From contig OZ241362.1 of NCBI GenBank assembly GCA_965200315.1, positions 3,296,001 through 3,360,000 on the forward strand: a stretch of 64,000 nucleotides of DNA. Direction: 5' to 3'. The position numbers were made by a program, and so were the translations under genes. Below are positions 1 to 9,743 of the stretch, one piece after another. The first letter of the stretch is position 1. Each line of letters opens with the position of its first letter. The notes under the pieces are model-generated. The model searched no databases. It saw only the letters and a list, made by a program, of their open reading frames with translations, and was not told where the DNA came from. The DNA is from Candidatus Latescibacterota bacterium. GTDB taxonomy: Bacteria > Latescibacterota > UBA2968 > UBA8231.

Positions 1-1891
1 TTTCCGCAGTCAGCGCATAGATCGCGCCCCATACGCCCGAGACGGACACCTCGCCCAAAATCAACCCTAAAAAAAGCGGCTTGACGTTCTGGAACAGGCG
101 GACGCCGCCAAAGCGCAGGATGACCAGCTTCAAAAACCAAGCAATCAGCGCCGAAAACCAGATCTGACTCGTTAGCCAGCCCACGGCGATAGCAAAGCCG
201 ATCGGATGAAAGGGCCACCAAAACCACCGGTGCTGCGCCCACATCAGAAAGCCCTCCACGGCCGCGCCGATCCCCTTGAAGAGCCAGCCGCGCATATCGG
301 CCTCGGGCATATTGAGAATGGTCGGGCCGATGTACGGCCAGCCGTGGGCACCGGCCCAATTGATCAGCGACAGATTAACCGCTCCATAGGTGTAGGCCAA
401 GTTCAAGGTCATGTAGGCTGCGGCCAAAAGGCTGCACACCAGTGCCAGCATCAGGCCCCAAAACAGCCGCGTCTTGGGGCCGGGGACCAGCTCGGCGAGC
501 TTGAGACCGTTGGCGCAGGCGACCATCGGCGAGGTGCGCGATTCGCCCTGCCAAATGAAGGTGAAGTTGAGGGCGACCAAGCCCTTGGCACCGAGGACCG
601 AGGTCCCCAAACCCGAAATGATGAAGTACGCCGGGACAATGGGGCTGCGGGCGGTGGCCACGCCGCCGGTAGCCACCACGCGTGCGACTAAAATAAAAAA
701 CAGCAAGCTGACGACGAGCAGGACCGGAAGCACCCCAATCGGCACCCCCGAACGCCAGAGCCACACGGCCACGAAGAGCAGGCTGCCCAAAAAGCCGATC
801 AAGGCCGTGCGATAGCTGAGCAACTCCTCGCTGTCATCGACGCCGTGCGGGTCCCAGAGCTTGCGCCAGACCTCTTTGAGATGGGGCCGGGCCGTCCACA
901 GTCCAAAGAGCACCAACACAATGACCGCGCCGGTGGCTTGATGGGTCAGGTCGGCCGGCTGTGAGTACTCGTATGCACTCAGGCGCTCAGTGCTGGCGAT
1001 GCCGAGCGTCTTGAAGACCCCTTCCTCCACCTTGGAGAACACGTAGAAGAACCAAATGCTGAACGTGATCTCGAGATTGACCAAGTAGAAGAAGCCGACC
1101 CAGGCCAAGTTGAGTGCAACCGGCAGGTGCAAGGTATGGTTTAAGAAAGAAAACCGGCCCCTAGGGTTGTATTCGGGCGCGAACGGGAAGTAGTGGTTGA
1201 GGGCGTTGAGACTGAGCAGGACGAAGGGCACGGCAAACCCCAGCCACATCCGCTGGTCCTTAAAGAAAGGAGCCACGCACGCGTTGGCGTCCTTCTCAAT
1301 CATATTCTGCGGTAGCTGGACCATGGGGTAGGTCAGCCGCTCGTGTACCGACCACTGGCGGTGGAGAATGGCGCTCATGCAGATCAGCATGAAGCTCATG
1401 GCCACGATCAACGCCAGCCAGTAGGCCATCGGCTCCATCCAGACGCCCCACGGGATGGATTCACCTTGCGGCAGACCTTCGTAGTAATTCTTGATGGCCT
1501 CAAAGTCCTGCGGCGCGATCCACTCAGGAATAAAGTCGTAGAACAGCTCGGCGTAGTTGTTTTCGGGGGTGGCGTAGTAGAAGGGAAAGACGATGGTGCC
1601 AATGAGGAAGAACATCAGGCCCCAAGTCGGCACAGTGACCGCCATCAGCAACATGCAGTAAATCAGGACGAGATCGGCTTTGGACAGGGCGAAATGGCGG
1701 CCGAGCAGGGCCACGAATCCATTGACGGCAAAGGTCAGGACAAAAAAGAGAAAGAGCGCACCCGGCGACGAGGGGTTGAAGCCGACCCAGTAGTAATTGA
1801 ACACGACCCCATACGGCGCGAGCAGACCCACCGCTAGGGAAAGGGCTATACCGATTAGCAGCCCCTTGATGCTGAAAGGCGAGTTGGGCAT
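1..1891 (-). CDS. Polytopic membrane protein, DUF6785/DUF6784-like (putative peptide transporter); runs off the window start
   Basis: Absent from the ORF track because it is cut by the window edge. Hand translation from ATG 1891: MPNSPFSIKGLLIGIALSLAVGLLAPYG...FPFYYATPENNYAELF...IPWGVWMEP; the window start reads ...KLVILRFGGVRLFQNVKPLFLGLILGE in the same frame. Many hydrophobic segments. Confidence 0.75.
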   Translation of the reverse strand, partial: MPNSPFSIKGLLIGIALSLAVGLLAPYGVVFNYYWVGFNPSSPGALFLFFVLTFAVNGFVALLGRHFALSKADLVLIYCMLLMAVTVPTWGLMFFLIGTIVFPFYYATPENNYAELFYDFIPEWIAPQDFEAIKNYYEGLPQGESIPWGVWMEPMAYWLALIVAMSFMLICMSAILHRQWSVHERLTYPMVQLPQNMIEKDANACVAPFFKDQRMWLGFAVPFVLLSLNALNHYFPFAPEYNPRGRFSFLNHTLHLPVALNLAWVGFFYLVNLEITFSIWFFYVFSKVEEGVFKTLGIASTERLSAYEYSQPADLTHQATGAVIVLVLFGLWTARPHLKEVWRKLWDPHGVDDSEELLSYRTALIGFLGSLLFVAVWLWRSGVPIGVLPVLLVVSLLFFILVARVVATGGVATARSPIVPAYFIISGLGTSVLGAKGLVALNFTFIWQGESRTSPMVACANGLKLAELVPGPKTRLFWGLMLALVCSLLAAAYMTLNLAYTYGAVNLSLINWAGAHGWPYIGPTILNMPEADMRGWLFKGIGAAVEGFLMWAQHRWFWWPFHPIGFAIAVGWLTSQIWFSALIAWFLKLVILRFGGVRLFQNVKPLFLGLILGEVSVSGVWGAIYALTAE

Positions 1892-1911
1892 CTACGAGTA
1901 GTTGCTGTGCC

Positions 1912-2694
1912 CTACCCGGCAGCCGAGGCGGCCAAAAGCCCCCCATCCACCGGCAGGGACGCCCCGGTGATGCAGCCGGCGGCCGGCGAGCAGAGGAAGA
2001 CCACGGCCCGGCCAATGTCTTCGGGGGTTCCCGGACGGCGCAAGGGAACTATGTCGTGGAGTCGTTTCTCGATAATGCCCAAGGCCGGAGGCGGTTCGTT
2101 GAAGACGTGATCGGTGTCCATGTATCCGGGCATGATGGCGTTGCAGCGAATTCCGTATGCGCCCAAGTCGACGGCCATGCTTTCGGTCAGGCGCAAGACG
2201 CCGGCTTTGGCGGCCCCGTAGGCCGTGTCGTTTTTCCACGCCCGGCGTCCGTGTACCGAGGAGGTGCTGACGATGGCTCCGCCGCCGCCCTGCGCCACCA
2301 TGGCGCGCGCCGCTTGCTGCGAGCACAGGAAAAAACCCTTGAGGCCCACGTCGAGGTTTTGGTCCCAATTCTCCTCGCTGAGCTCGAGGAAGGGCTCGCC
2401 CGTGCCGCCGTAGGGGTTGTTGACCAAGATGTCAATGCGGCCAAACCGTTCGAGAAAGGCCGCGAACATCGCCTCGACGTGGTCGCTAGCGGAAATGTCG
2501 CCAGCGAAGAATTCGGCCTCGCGGCCCATGGCGCGGATCAGGCCCAGCGTTTGGCCGACATCCTCGTCGTCGTGCAGATCGTTGATCCCCACGTCGCAGC
2601 CCGCTTCGGCTAAAGCCAAGACAATGCCGCGGCCAATGCGGCGCTTGCCGCCGGTGACGAAGGCTTTCTTTCCGCTTAGCAAGTATGCGGACAT
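1912..2694 (-). CDS. SDR-family NAD(P)-dependent oxidoreductase
   Basis: TGGKRRIG Rossmann motif, GRIDILVNN, YGAAK catalytic motif, GIRCNAIMPG. Confidence 0.92.
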   Translation of the reverse strand: MSAYLLSGKKAFVTGGKRRIGRGIVLALAEAGCDVGINDLHDDEDVGQTLGLIRAMGREAEFFAGDISASDHVEAMFAAFLERFGRIDILVNNPYGGTGEPFLELSEENWDQNLDVGLKGFFLCSQQAARAMVAQGGGGAIVSTSSVHGRRAWKNDTAYGAAKAGVLRLTESMAVDLGAYGIRCNAIMPGYMDTDHVFNEPPPALGIIEKRLHDIVPLRRPGTPEDIGRAVVFLCSPAAGCITGASLPVDGGLLAASAAG

Positions 2695-2743
2695 AGTGTG
2701 CTCCTTGAGTTAAGGGTGGCCAATGGCCACCGATCACCAACCA

Positions 2744-3481
2744 CTAATCGATGATTTCGGGATGTTCGTGTATCGAGGGAGTGGCCATAATGCGCTTCTG
2801 TCGTTCGGTCAGCTCGCCGTACTCTTCGAGGTTGTAAAACTCCTTGGCCCACGTCGAGTAGCCGGGGCTGTACTTATAGAGCAATGTGCGGCGTTGGTGC
2901 TCGGCGCACCACGGCATGGTGCCGTGGATGAGAGCTTCGGTAAAGAACAGCGCATCTCCGGCCTTGGCCGTGGGTTGAACGACGTAGTGAGTGCTGCGCT
3001 CAAAGAGCCTGACGTCTTGGGGCAGGTTGCGAGGGTAGTTGGTCTTGTGGCTGCCCGGCACGCAGGCAAAGCCGCCGTCGCCCTCGTTGGCATCGGCGAG
3101 AAAAAAGGTCACCACACTCAGGCCATTGCGCATCTGGCCATCTCGGTAGCTGAACCAGTGGTCGGTATCTTGGCTGGGGCCGCCGTGAAGACCGCCGCGG
3201 CTGTCGCCTCGGTCCATGATAATGGCGTAGTCGTGGTCGATGCGGACCTTGGGGCCGATCAGCTCGACCAAGTAGGGCAAAATTTTGGGGTGGTCGATTA
3301 GGTTTTTGGTGGCTTGGCCCCAGCTACTGACCTTGTTCAGGTCGTTGCGAGGGTGGTTGTCCCAGCCGGCGAGGTGCCGGTCCACCAGCGCGTTGAGATC
3401 GTCCAGTTCCTGAGAGCTGAGGACGTCTTTGATGACCAGATAGCCCTCTAAGTCAAAGACGAATTTTTCTTCTTCGGTCAT
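2744..3481 (-). CDS. PhyH-family Fe(II)/2-oxoglutarate dioxygenase (HxG variant)
   Basis: FDLEGYLVIKDVL N-terminus, GGFACVPGSHK, AGDALFF...LIHGT, RRTLLYKY; first metal motif reads LHGG. Confidence 0.88.
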   Translation of the reverse strand: MTEEEKFVFDLEGYLVIKDVLSSQELDDLNALVDRHLAGWDNHPRNDLNKVSSWGQATKNLIDHPKILPYLVELIGPKVRIDHDYAIIMDRGDSRGGLHGGPSQDTDHWFSYRDGQMRNGLSVVTFFLADANEGDGGFACVPGSHKTNYPRNLPQDVRLFERSTHYVVQPTAKAGDALFFTEALIHGTMPWCAEHQRRTLLYKYSPGYSTWAKEFYNLEEYGELTERQKRIMATPSIHEHPEIID

Positions 3482-3495
3482 GGCCTACTCCCTTG

Positions 3496-5043
3496 CTATT
3501 CCGCGTAGATGTCCTGCATCTGATAGGCGTCGAGCGAGACCAGCTCAGCACTCTGACCCTGTGCCCGCAGCGAGACCCCGACGCTGTCGGCGCGGTCGGG
3601 ATAGACCCGTGCAGCCACGCATTGCTGGCCGTTGGCAAAGACTTCGACGACGCTCTTATCGACGAAGACCCGCAGCTTGAGCGTCTCGCCCGGAGCGAGG
3701 ATGACCGGGGCGGTCTCCGGGGCGCGGGAGAGGACGTCGGGCGCGATAGAAGCATACGAGGTGTCGAGCGAGATCAAGCTCTGATGGCAATCGCTGCCAA
3801 AGACGCGGTTGCTGAAGCCCCGGTTTTTGAAGAAGGCGATGCGCGTGTGTTCCTCCCGGCCGGGAGCGCGCAAGACATTGAGCTCGACCATGGGCGCGTC
3901 TTGGGGATAGATTTCGGCGACGATTTCCATGGCGTTGCCGCGAATTGAATCGAGGACGAGTTCTTCGTTGGCGGGGAGGGTAGTTTGGCCGATGTGCTGA
4001 TGGTCCCGCCGCAGCGACTCTAGGTCGCCGGCCGGCTCCATGGCCAGCTCGTCGCCGACGACGGTCAGCCGGCGGGGCAGGGTCATAATCTGGTTCCAGC
4101 CCTCGGTTGGTTTGCCCGGGTTCATGTTGAAAATGGTCAAGACGCCGCCTTGGCCGTCGGGCGTGGCCGAAGGAGCGTGAACGCCCGACGGCGCGGCCGC
4201 GCCAAAGTTGAATTTGGCTCCGTAGGTCACCACGAACTTGTCGCGCTCCGTGTCGTAGTCGCCGAGCAGGTACTGGCCGCCGCTTCTATGGCTGAAAAAG
4301 AGAAGGATGTGGCGGTCGCCAATCGGCCAGAAATAGGGACAGGCCCCGTCGTCGCCGACCAAGGTGTAGCGGTCGTCCTCGACGAAGGGGTGCAGGTACT
4401 CCCAGTGTTCGAGATCGCTCGACCTGAAGAGGAAGTTGGCGCGCACGGGCTTGCCGGCCGGGCCTTCGGGCTTGGTGCCCGCCGACAGCGAGTAATAGGC
4501 GTCGCCCTGTTTCCAGATGCAGGGGTCGAAGACTCGGTAGGGCTGGTCGGCGCGGATGGGAATTACGGCTTTGTTGGCGACCTTTTCCCAGTTGAGCAAT
4601 AGCGGGTCCGAAGAAGTGGCGACCATGTTGCCGACCTCGGTGCCGTGGTACATGGCGATGACGCGGTCTTCCTCGACCAGCGCAGCACCCGAAAAGCAGC
4701 AGCGCTCCGGGTTCGGATAAATGCAGTAGGGCAGGTCGCGCCAGTGGACGAGGTCGTCGCTGATGGCGTGGCCCCAATGCTGGCGCGTGTCTTCCGGGGG
4801 ATAGGCTTGGTAGAAGAGATGGTAGCGGCCCTGCCAGAAGCAAAGCCCGTTGGGGTCGTTGAGATTGGCTTCGGGGTTGATGTAGTGGTAGATGGGACGG
4901 TGCGAGTCGCCGGCGTACGAGCGGCGCGCTGCGAGCAGGCGCTGCATCAGCGGATTGGTGGCCAGCGCCTCCTCTTGTTCGGCTAGGGTGTCGGGAAAGG
5001 TGTGGTAAGGAACCTTTGAAGTATAATCGGGCGCGGCAGTCAT
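3496..5043 (-). CDS. Glycoside hydrolase family 32-like protein (atypical catalytic motif)
   Basis: NLNDPNG, YHLFYQ, HWGHAISDDLVHW, FSG, FDP and C-terminal LRVFVDKSVVEVFAN of GH32; the EC motif reads GACP. Confidence 0.88.
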   Translation of the reverse strand: MTAAPDYTSKVPYHTFPDTLAEQEEALATNPLMQRLLAARRSYAGDSHRPIYHYINPEANLNDPNGLCFWQGRYHLFYQAYPPEDTRQHWGHAISDDLVHWRDLPYCIYPNPERCCFSGAALVEEDRVIAMYHGTEVGNMVATSSDPLLLNWEKVANKAVIPIRADQPYRVFDPCIWKQGDAYYSLSAGTKPEGPAGKPVRANFLFRSSDLEHWEYLHPFVEDDRYTLVGDDGACPYFWPIGDRHILLFFSHRSGGQYLLGDYDTERDKFVVTYGAKFNFGAAAPSGVHAPSATPDGQGGVLTIFNMNPGKPTEGWNQIMTLPRRLTVVGDELAMEPAGDLESLRRDHQHIGQTTLPANEELVLDSIRGNAMEIVAEIYPQDAPMVELNVLRAPGREEHTRIAFFKNRGFSNRVFGSDCHQSLISLDTSYASIAPDVLSRAPETAPVILAPGETLKLRVFVDKSVVEVFANGQQCVAARVYPDRADSVGVSLRAQGQSAELVSLDAYQMQDIYAE

Positions 5044-5266
5044 GGAATCCTCCGGTTCGATGAGTGATCGTTAGGGCAGCGCAAAGTATAGGTCTTGCGC
5101 GGGCGTCAATCCAGTCTTGGGCATAAGCCAACGCGCCGCTGCCGATCCAAGCGGTTTGACAGCCGCCGTGCGAATGCTCTCTATTCCCTTAGATCAACGC
5201 GTTGAGTCAGCTAAGTGTTCGTCATCAGCGGCTAATCGCGCCATTGCAAAAAGGAGCAAACTTTCT

Positions 5267-5929
5267 ATGGTCAAACCCGAAGTACTAGCAGCCTTTAAGG
5301 AATTCGACTCGCCGACGATTTTCAACGCCATTGTGTTAAAATGCGGCCTGCCCAACGAAGAGTACACCGACCATCGGATCCGCTACCTGCTGCCGGAATT
5401 GGGGCCGGTCATCGGCTATGCAGTGACCGCGGAAGTAACGACCAACGACCCTGATTCCGTCGCAGTCCCTTGGGAAGGGTACTACGAGGCAATCGACGCC
5501 ACGGAGGGACCGGTGGTCGCGGTGATGAAGGACGTGGACTCGCGTCCCGGGCGCGGAGCCAGTTTTGGCGACGGCATGGCGCGGCTGCACCAGCGGCTAG
5601 GCGCGGTGGGGGCCATTGTCGATGGAACGGTGCGCGACTTGGAGGGAATCCGCCACGTCGGGCTGCCCGTCTTCGCTTGGGGGACGGTGCCAGGGCACGG
5701 CGTATTTAACGCGACGCGGGTCAATGCGCCGATTACCGTAGGGTCGGTGCGGATTCGGCCGGGAGACCTGATCTTTGGCGATGGCGACGGCTGTGTGCGC
5801 ATTCCACTGGAATACGCCGAGGAAGTGTTGGAATTGGCCTCAGCGGTGCGGGACAAGGAGGCCAAAATTTTTGCCCTGTACGATTCAGACGATTTTTCCA
5901 TCGCCAAGTGGCGAGAATCGCGCAAGTAG
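5267..5929 (+). CDS. RraA/HMG-aldolase family protein
   Basis: GDGMA, GAIVDGTVRD, IRPGDLIFGDGDG; AGGAG upstream of ATG 5267. Confidence 0.88.
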   Translation: MVKPEVLAAFKEFDSPTIFNAIVLKCGLPNEEYTDHRIRYLLPELGPVIGYAVTAEVTTNDPDSVAVPWEGYYEAIDATEGPVVAVMKDVDSRPGRGASFGDGMARLHQRLGAVGAIVDGTVRDLEGIRHVGLPVFAWGTVPGHGVFNATRVNAPITVGSVRIRPGDLIFGDGDGCVRIPLEYAEEVLELASAVRDKEAKIFALYDSDDFSIAKWRESRK

Positions 5930-5963
5930 GGCGTACCCTTATCGCCGCCCAAAGGAGGACAGC

Positions 5964-6839
5964 ATGGAGACCACCACGGTAAAAATTGATCCCAAAGAAG
6001 AAATCGGCTTTATGAGGGTCGATGAGACCGATTTTGCCGCTTTCTCCCTGAGCCAGCAAATCCGCCATCTCGAAATGGAAGGCTATGTGCTCCTGCCGGA
6101 TGTGCTCAACGCCGCGCACATTGCGGCACTGAAGGCCGAACTGAAAGACCTGCCGATGGGGCACAAGGACTACAGCGAGGCCCAAACCTTCCACCACGAG
6201 CCCCAATGCACGAGCCGGTTGGTAGCCGAACTGATCGGCCATCCGCCAATCGCGGAATTCCTCAAAGCGCTCATGGGGCCAGACATCGTATTCACGCACG
6301 GGCTTTTTACCCGCACCCTCTCCGGATCGCCGGGCATTTCAATGCACACCGACGGCCAGCCATTCGGCTCGTCGATTTTTGGCTTTGAAGGCTCTTCGCC
6401 GCGCCTTTTGCGGGTGCTCTACTACCTCGACGACCTGCCGGCCGCGCGCGCGCCCTTCCGGCTCATCCCGCGCTCTCATCTCTCGTTCCATGCCCAAGCC
6501 AACCCATACGTGCGCTATGTCTCGCACCCTCAGGAGATCACGCTCTGCGCTAAAGCCGGTTCGGTAGTAATGATACCCGCCCTCCTCTTCCACGGCACCC
6601 ATCCCAACAAGGACTTGGTCCCTCGGGATCTGATCCAGTTCGGCTATCGGCCAGCTTGGGCGGGGCCGGTTCAGCCGATGGATGAGTGGGACCCGGAATG
6701 GGTGGAGAACGCCCCGGCCGCGGCCAAACCTTTTCTCCAAAGCCGCAACACGACCGGCAAGGAGTGGAAACAAGTCCACAAGCCCCAAGGCATGCAGCGC
6801 GACGCGCCGGGCATCAATCCAGACCGTTGGGAGAACTAA
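5964..6839 (+). CDS. PhyH-family Fe(II)/2OG dioxygenase
   Basis: EGYVLLPDVL, MHTD (HxD), LIPRSH, FHGT; AGGAGG RBS before ATG 5964. Confidence 0.88.
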   Translation: METTTVKIDPKEEIGFMRVDETDFAAFSLSQQIRHLEMEGYVLLPDVLNAAHIAALKAELKDLPMGHKDYSEAQTFHHEPQCTSRLVAELIGHPPIAEFLKALMGPDIVFTHGLFTRTLSGSPGISMHTDGQPFGSSIFGFEGSSPRLLRVLYYLDDLPAARAPFRLIPRSHLSFHAQANPYVRYVSHPQEITLCAKAGSVVMIPALLFHGTHPNKDLVPRDLIQFGYRPAWAGPVQPMDEWDPEWVENAPAAAKPFLQSRNTTGKEWKQVHKPQGMQRDAPGINPDRWEN

Positions 6840-6842
6840 GAC

Positions 6843-7577
6843 GTGAAACTAGCCGAACTCACTTGGCCCGACTTGGAGCAAGTCTCCAGAGACACGGTAG
6901 TAGTATATCCCATAGCGGCGTTTGAGCAGCACGGGCCACACCTGCCGTTTATAACGGACACGGCCGAGGTCGCCGCTATCGTCAATCGCCTCGACGCGGA
7001 GATTCCCGAGCAGGTCCTCTGCCTTCCGGCGCAGTGGCTCGGCTACTCTCCGCACCACCTGCGGTTCAAGGGCACGATAACCGCCCAATCGGAAACCCAC
7101 ATCAACATGATCGTCGATACCGTCAGCAGCATGGTCCACGCCGACTTCGACAAAATCGTCATCGTCAACGGCCACGGCGGGAATGTTCCCAATATGAACG
7201 TCGCCCTCCAGCGGCTGATGGAGCAGTGTCCCGACGCGAGAATCTATGGGACCTCTTGGTTTGCCTACGACGAGCTCGGCCAGATCAGGGAGGCGGGGCC
7301 TCACGGTTGGGGGCACGCGGGCGAGATGGAGACCTCGGTGATGATGGCCCTGCATCCCGAATGGGTCAAAGCAGACCGCTTGCAAAAGGACGGCCACCCC
7401 CCGCAGTCCGAGCGCACCGGCCAAGTCGCCCGCTATCGGTGGATCCACGAATCAACCGACCAAGGCACCTACGGCGACCCTACCTTCGGGTCCGCCGAAA
7501 AGGGAGAGCGCTTCATCCGCGCCGCAGTCGAAGTGCTGGTCCGCATCGTCGAGGATATAAAGGCAGGGCGCTTGTAG
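6843..7577 (+). CDS. Creatininase/creatinine amidohydrolase family protein
   Basis: EQHGPHLP..TD, GYSPHH, NGHGGN, HAGEMETS motifs. Confidence 0.93.
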   Translation: MKLAELTWPDLEQVSRDTVVVYPIAAFEQHGPHLPFITDTAEVAAIVNRLDAEIPEQVLCLPAQWLGYSPHHLRFKGTITAQSETHINMIVDTVSSMVHADFDKIVIVNGHGGNVPNMNVALQRLMEQCPDARIYGTSWFAYDELGQIREAGPHGWGHAGEMETSVMMALHPEWVKADRLQKDGHPPQSERTGQVARYRWIHESTDQGTYGDPTFGSAEKGERFIRAAVEVLVRIVEDIKAGRL

Positions 7578-7584
7578 CGCCAGC

Positions 7585-7613
7585 TTGACTGGCTACGGAG
7601 GACCCGATATAGC
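7585..7613 (+). promoter_or_regulatory. Putative sigma70-type promoter of the desaturase gene
   Basis: TTGACT-17 nt-TATAGC. Confidence 0.4.
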
Positions 7614-7760
7614 AAGCCGACACGACGGACGCGGCGCGCAGGAGCACACCCGGTTCGGTCGAGCCCCGGCACAACCCTCCCGGGATCGAGGGCATCCTGC
7701 CCTCGAAATACGCCACACCCCCAGCCGCCAGCTACGCTTTCTTTCAAAGGAGGATATCCC

Positions 7761-8774
7761 ATGGAAATGACAAAAAACCAGCGCAAAATAAATTGGTATC
7801 GCTGTCCCCTGCCGCGCGAGACCCTCGCTGCGCTCAACCAGCGCAGCGACTTTTGGGGGCTGCTGCAAACGCTGGGGCATCTGGGGCTGCTGGCGGCGAC
7901 GGGGGCGGGGGCTTGGTACGCGGCCGAGCACTTGGCCCTGCCGTGGCTGCTGCTGATCCTCTTTTTCCACGGGACGTTCTACGCCTTTTTGCTCAACGGC
8001 TTCCACGAATTGTGTCATTCCACGGTTTTCAAGAGCAAGTTCCTCAACTACTTCTTCCTCCGCGTGTTCAGCTTTTTAGGCGCGTACAACCACATCCACT
8101 TCTGGACCAGTCACGCCGAGCACCACAAGTACACCTTGCACCCACCCGACGATCTCGAAGTGGTCCTGCCAGCTCAATTGCGATTCGTGGATTTTCTCAA
8201 GAGTGCCATTGTAAATCCGTGGGGCTTGTACGCCCGCTACAAGACGACTTGGCGGCGGGCACGCGGGAAATTAGAGGGCGAATGGGAGCTAGCGCTTTTC
8301 CCCGAATCGGAACCAGACAAGCGGCGACGTCTCATTCGCTGGGATCGCTTCTTGCTGGTGGGGCACGCCTTAATAGTAGTAGTGTCCTTGTACTTCGGCC
8401 TGTGGATGGTGCCAGTGATCATTACGCTAGCCCCGTTCTACGGCGGCTGGTTGCTGTTCTTGTGCAACAACACCCAGCACATCGGCTTGCAGGACGACGT
8501 GCCGGACTTTCGGCTCTGCACCCGCACAGTCATCTTGAATCCGTTCTTCCGCTTCCTCTACTGGCACATGAACTACCACATCGAACACCACATGTACGCC
8601 GCCGTGCCGTGCTACCGCCTCGGCAAGCTACACGCGGTAATCAAAAGCGACCTGCCGCACTGTCCGCAGGGGCTGTACGAAGCATGGACAGAGATCGCTG
8701 CCATTCTCGAACGGCAAAAGGCCGAGCCAGACTACGAATACGTACCGGAATTGCCTACGCCCGTCGCGGCTTAA
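7761..8774 (+). CDS. Membrane fatty-acid desaturase family protein
   Basis: Three His boxes HELCH, HAEHH, HIEHH; hydrophobic segments; AGGAGG RBS. Confidence 0.92.
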   Translation: MEMTKNQRKINWYRCPLPRETLAALNQRSDFWGLLQTLGHLGLLAATGAGAWYAAEHLALPWLLLILFFHGTFYAFLLNGFHELCHSTVFKSKFLNYFFLRVFSFLGAYNHIHFWTSHAEHHKYTLHPPDDLEVVLPAQLRFVDFLKSAIVNPWGLYARYKTTWRRARGKLEGEWELALFPESEPDKRRRLIRWDRFLLVGHALIVVVSLYFGLWMVPVIITLAPFYGGWLLFLCNNTQHIGLQDDVPDFRLCTRTVILNPFFRFLYWHMNYHIEHHMYAAVPCYRLGKLHAVIKSDLPHCPQGLYEAWTEIAAILERQKAEPDYEYVPELPTPVAA

Positions 8775-8856
8775 GGCGATGCCTTTTGAGCAGACTCAGT
8801 ATTGTTGCAGCCAACCCTACTCTTAGTGGCCTCGACTCTAGAGATGAATGCAGCCA

Positions 8857-8990
8857 ATGGATATTGCCATATCTGTTGCAGGCGTACCTATCCGTCTGAC
8901 ACATGAGCGGTGGTTCCATATTGCCAAAAACCATGATGACATGGCAGGATACTACGAGGATGTACCCGACCTTGTCGAGAGTCCTGAAGC
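8857..8990 (+). pseudogene. Truncated small hypothetical protein (possible RelE-like nuclease-fold toxin N-terminus)
   Basis: MDIAISVAGVPIRLTHERWFHIAKNHDDMAGYYEDV resembles a recalled ~95-aa family; after ~45 aa the frame runs antisense into the neighbouring SDR. Confidence 0.45.
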
Positions 8991-9039
8991 ACCATTGAGC
9001 CGCTCGTCGAGGCATCCGCTCACCCTTGAACGAATTTCT

Positions 9040-9723
9040 TCACCACCGCTGTCCCAACGGCGTCAGTACCAGTTCATCGACATTGACCCCGCGCGGCTGC
9101 GCCAGCACAAAGCACACAGCGTCGGCAACTTCATCGCGGCTCAAGCGACAACGCCGGCCGGCCTCGTGCAACGGCACCGGATTCGGGCTAGCCACCGCGC
9201 CTAGGGTGATTAACCCGACGTGGACTCCTTGCTCGGCTGCCTCCCAGCGCAAACTCTCGCACAGCCCGCGCACCGCAGATTCAACCGTCGCATAGAGTAC
9301 CGGCGGCCGCGCGCGGATCAGTCCCTGCAAGCCGTTGATATGTACTATCCGCCCGCCGCTTTGCATCAACTCCGGCAGGACAGCACGCGTGATCTGCAAT
9401 GCGCCGTTTACATCCGTATCGACAAAGGCGCGCAGCTCCTCGTAGCGGACCTCGGCAAGCGGCTCCTCCACCCAAGTGCCGGCCGCATTGACCAACGCGT
9501 CGAGGCGCCCAAACGCTTCTACTGACTCCCGCACCGCAGCTTCGCAATCCGCCACAATCCCCACATCGCCCGGCACTGCTACCGCGCCGTCCAATTCAGC
9601 GGCGATAGCCTGCACCCTCTCCGTGCGTCGCGCCATCAGCGCAACTCGGTGCCCAGCCTCTGCCAGCCGCCGTGCGATAGTCTCGCCAATGCCAGAACTA
9701 GCACCCGTAATAAGCGCATTCAC
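9040..9723 (-). CDS. SDR-family oxidoreductase
   Basis: ITGASSGIG, GRLDALVNAAG; YxxxK lysine replaced (YATVE). Confidence 0.88.
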   Translation of the reverse strand: MNALITGASSGIGETIARRLAEAGHRVALMARRTERVQAIAAELDGAVAVPGDVGIVADCEAAVRESVEAFGRLDALVNAAGTWVEEPLAEVRYEELRAFVDTDVNGALQITRAVLPELMQSGGRIVHINGLQGLIRARPPVLYATVESAVRGLCESLRWEAAEQGVHVGLITLGAVASPNPVPLHEAGRRCRLSRDEVADAVCFVLAQPRGVNVDELVLTPLGQRW

Positions 9724-9743
9724 CGCGCGGTATCTCCTGACGT

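Noticed and set aside
7793-8899. 368-aa alternative-frame ORF over the desaturase
   Set aside because: Arg/Pro/Ala-rich shadow ORF typical of GC-rich DNA; the desaturase frame carries the family motifs.
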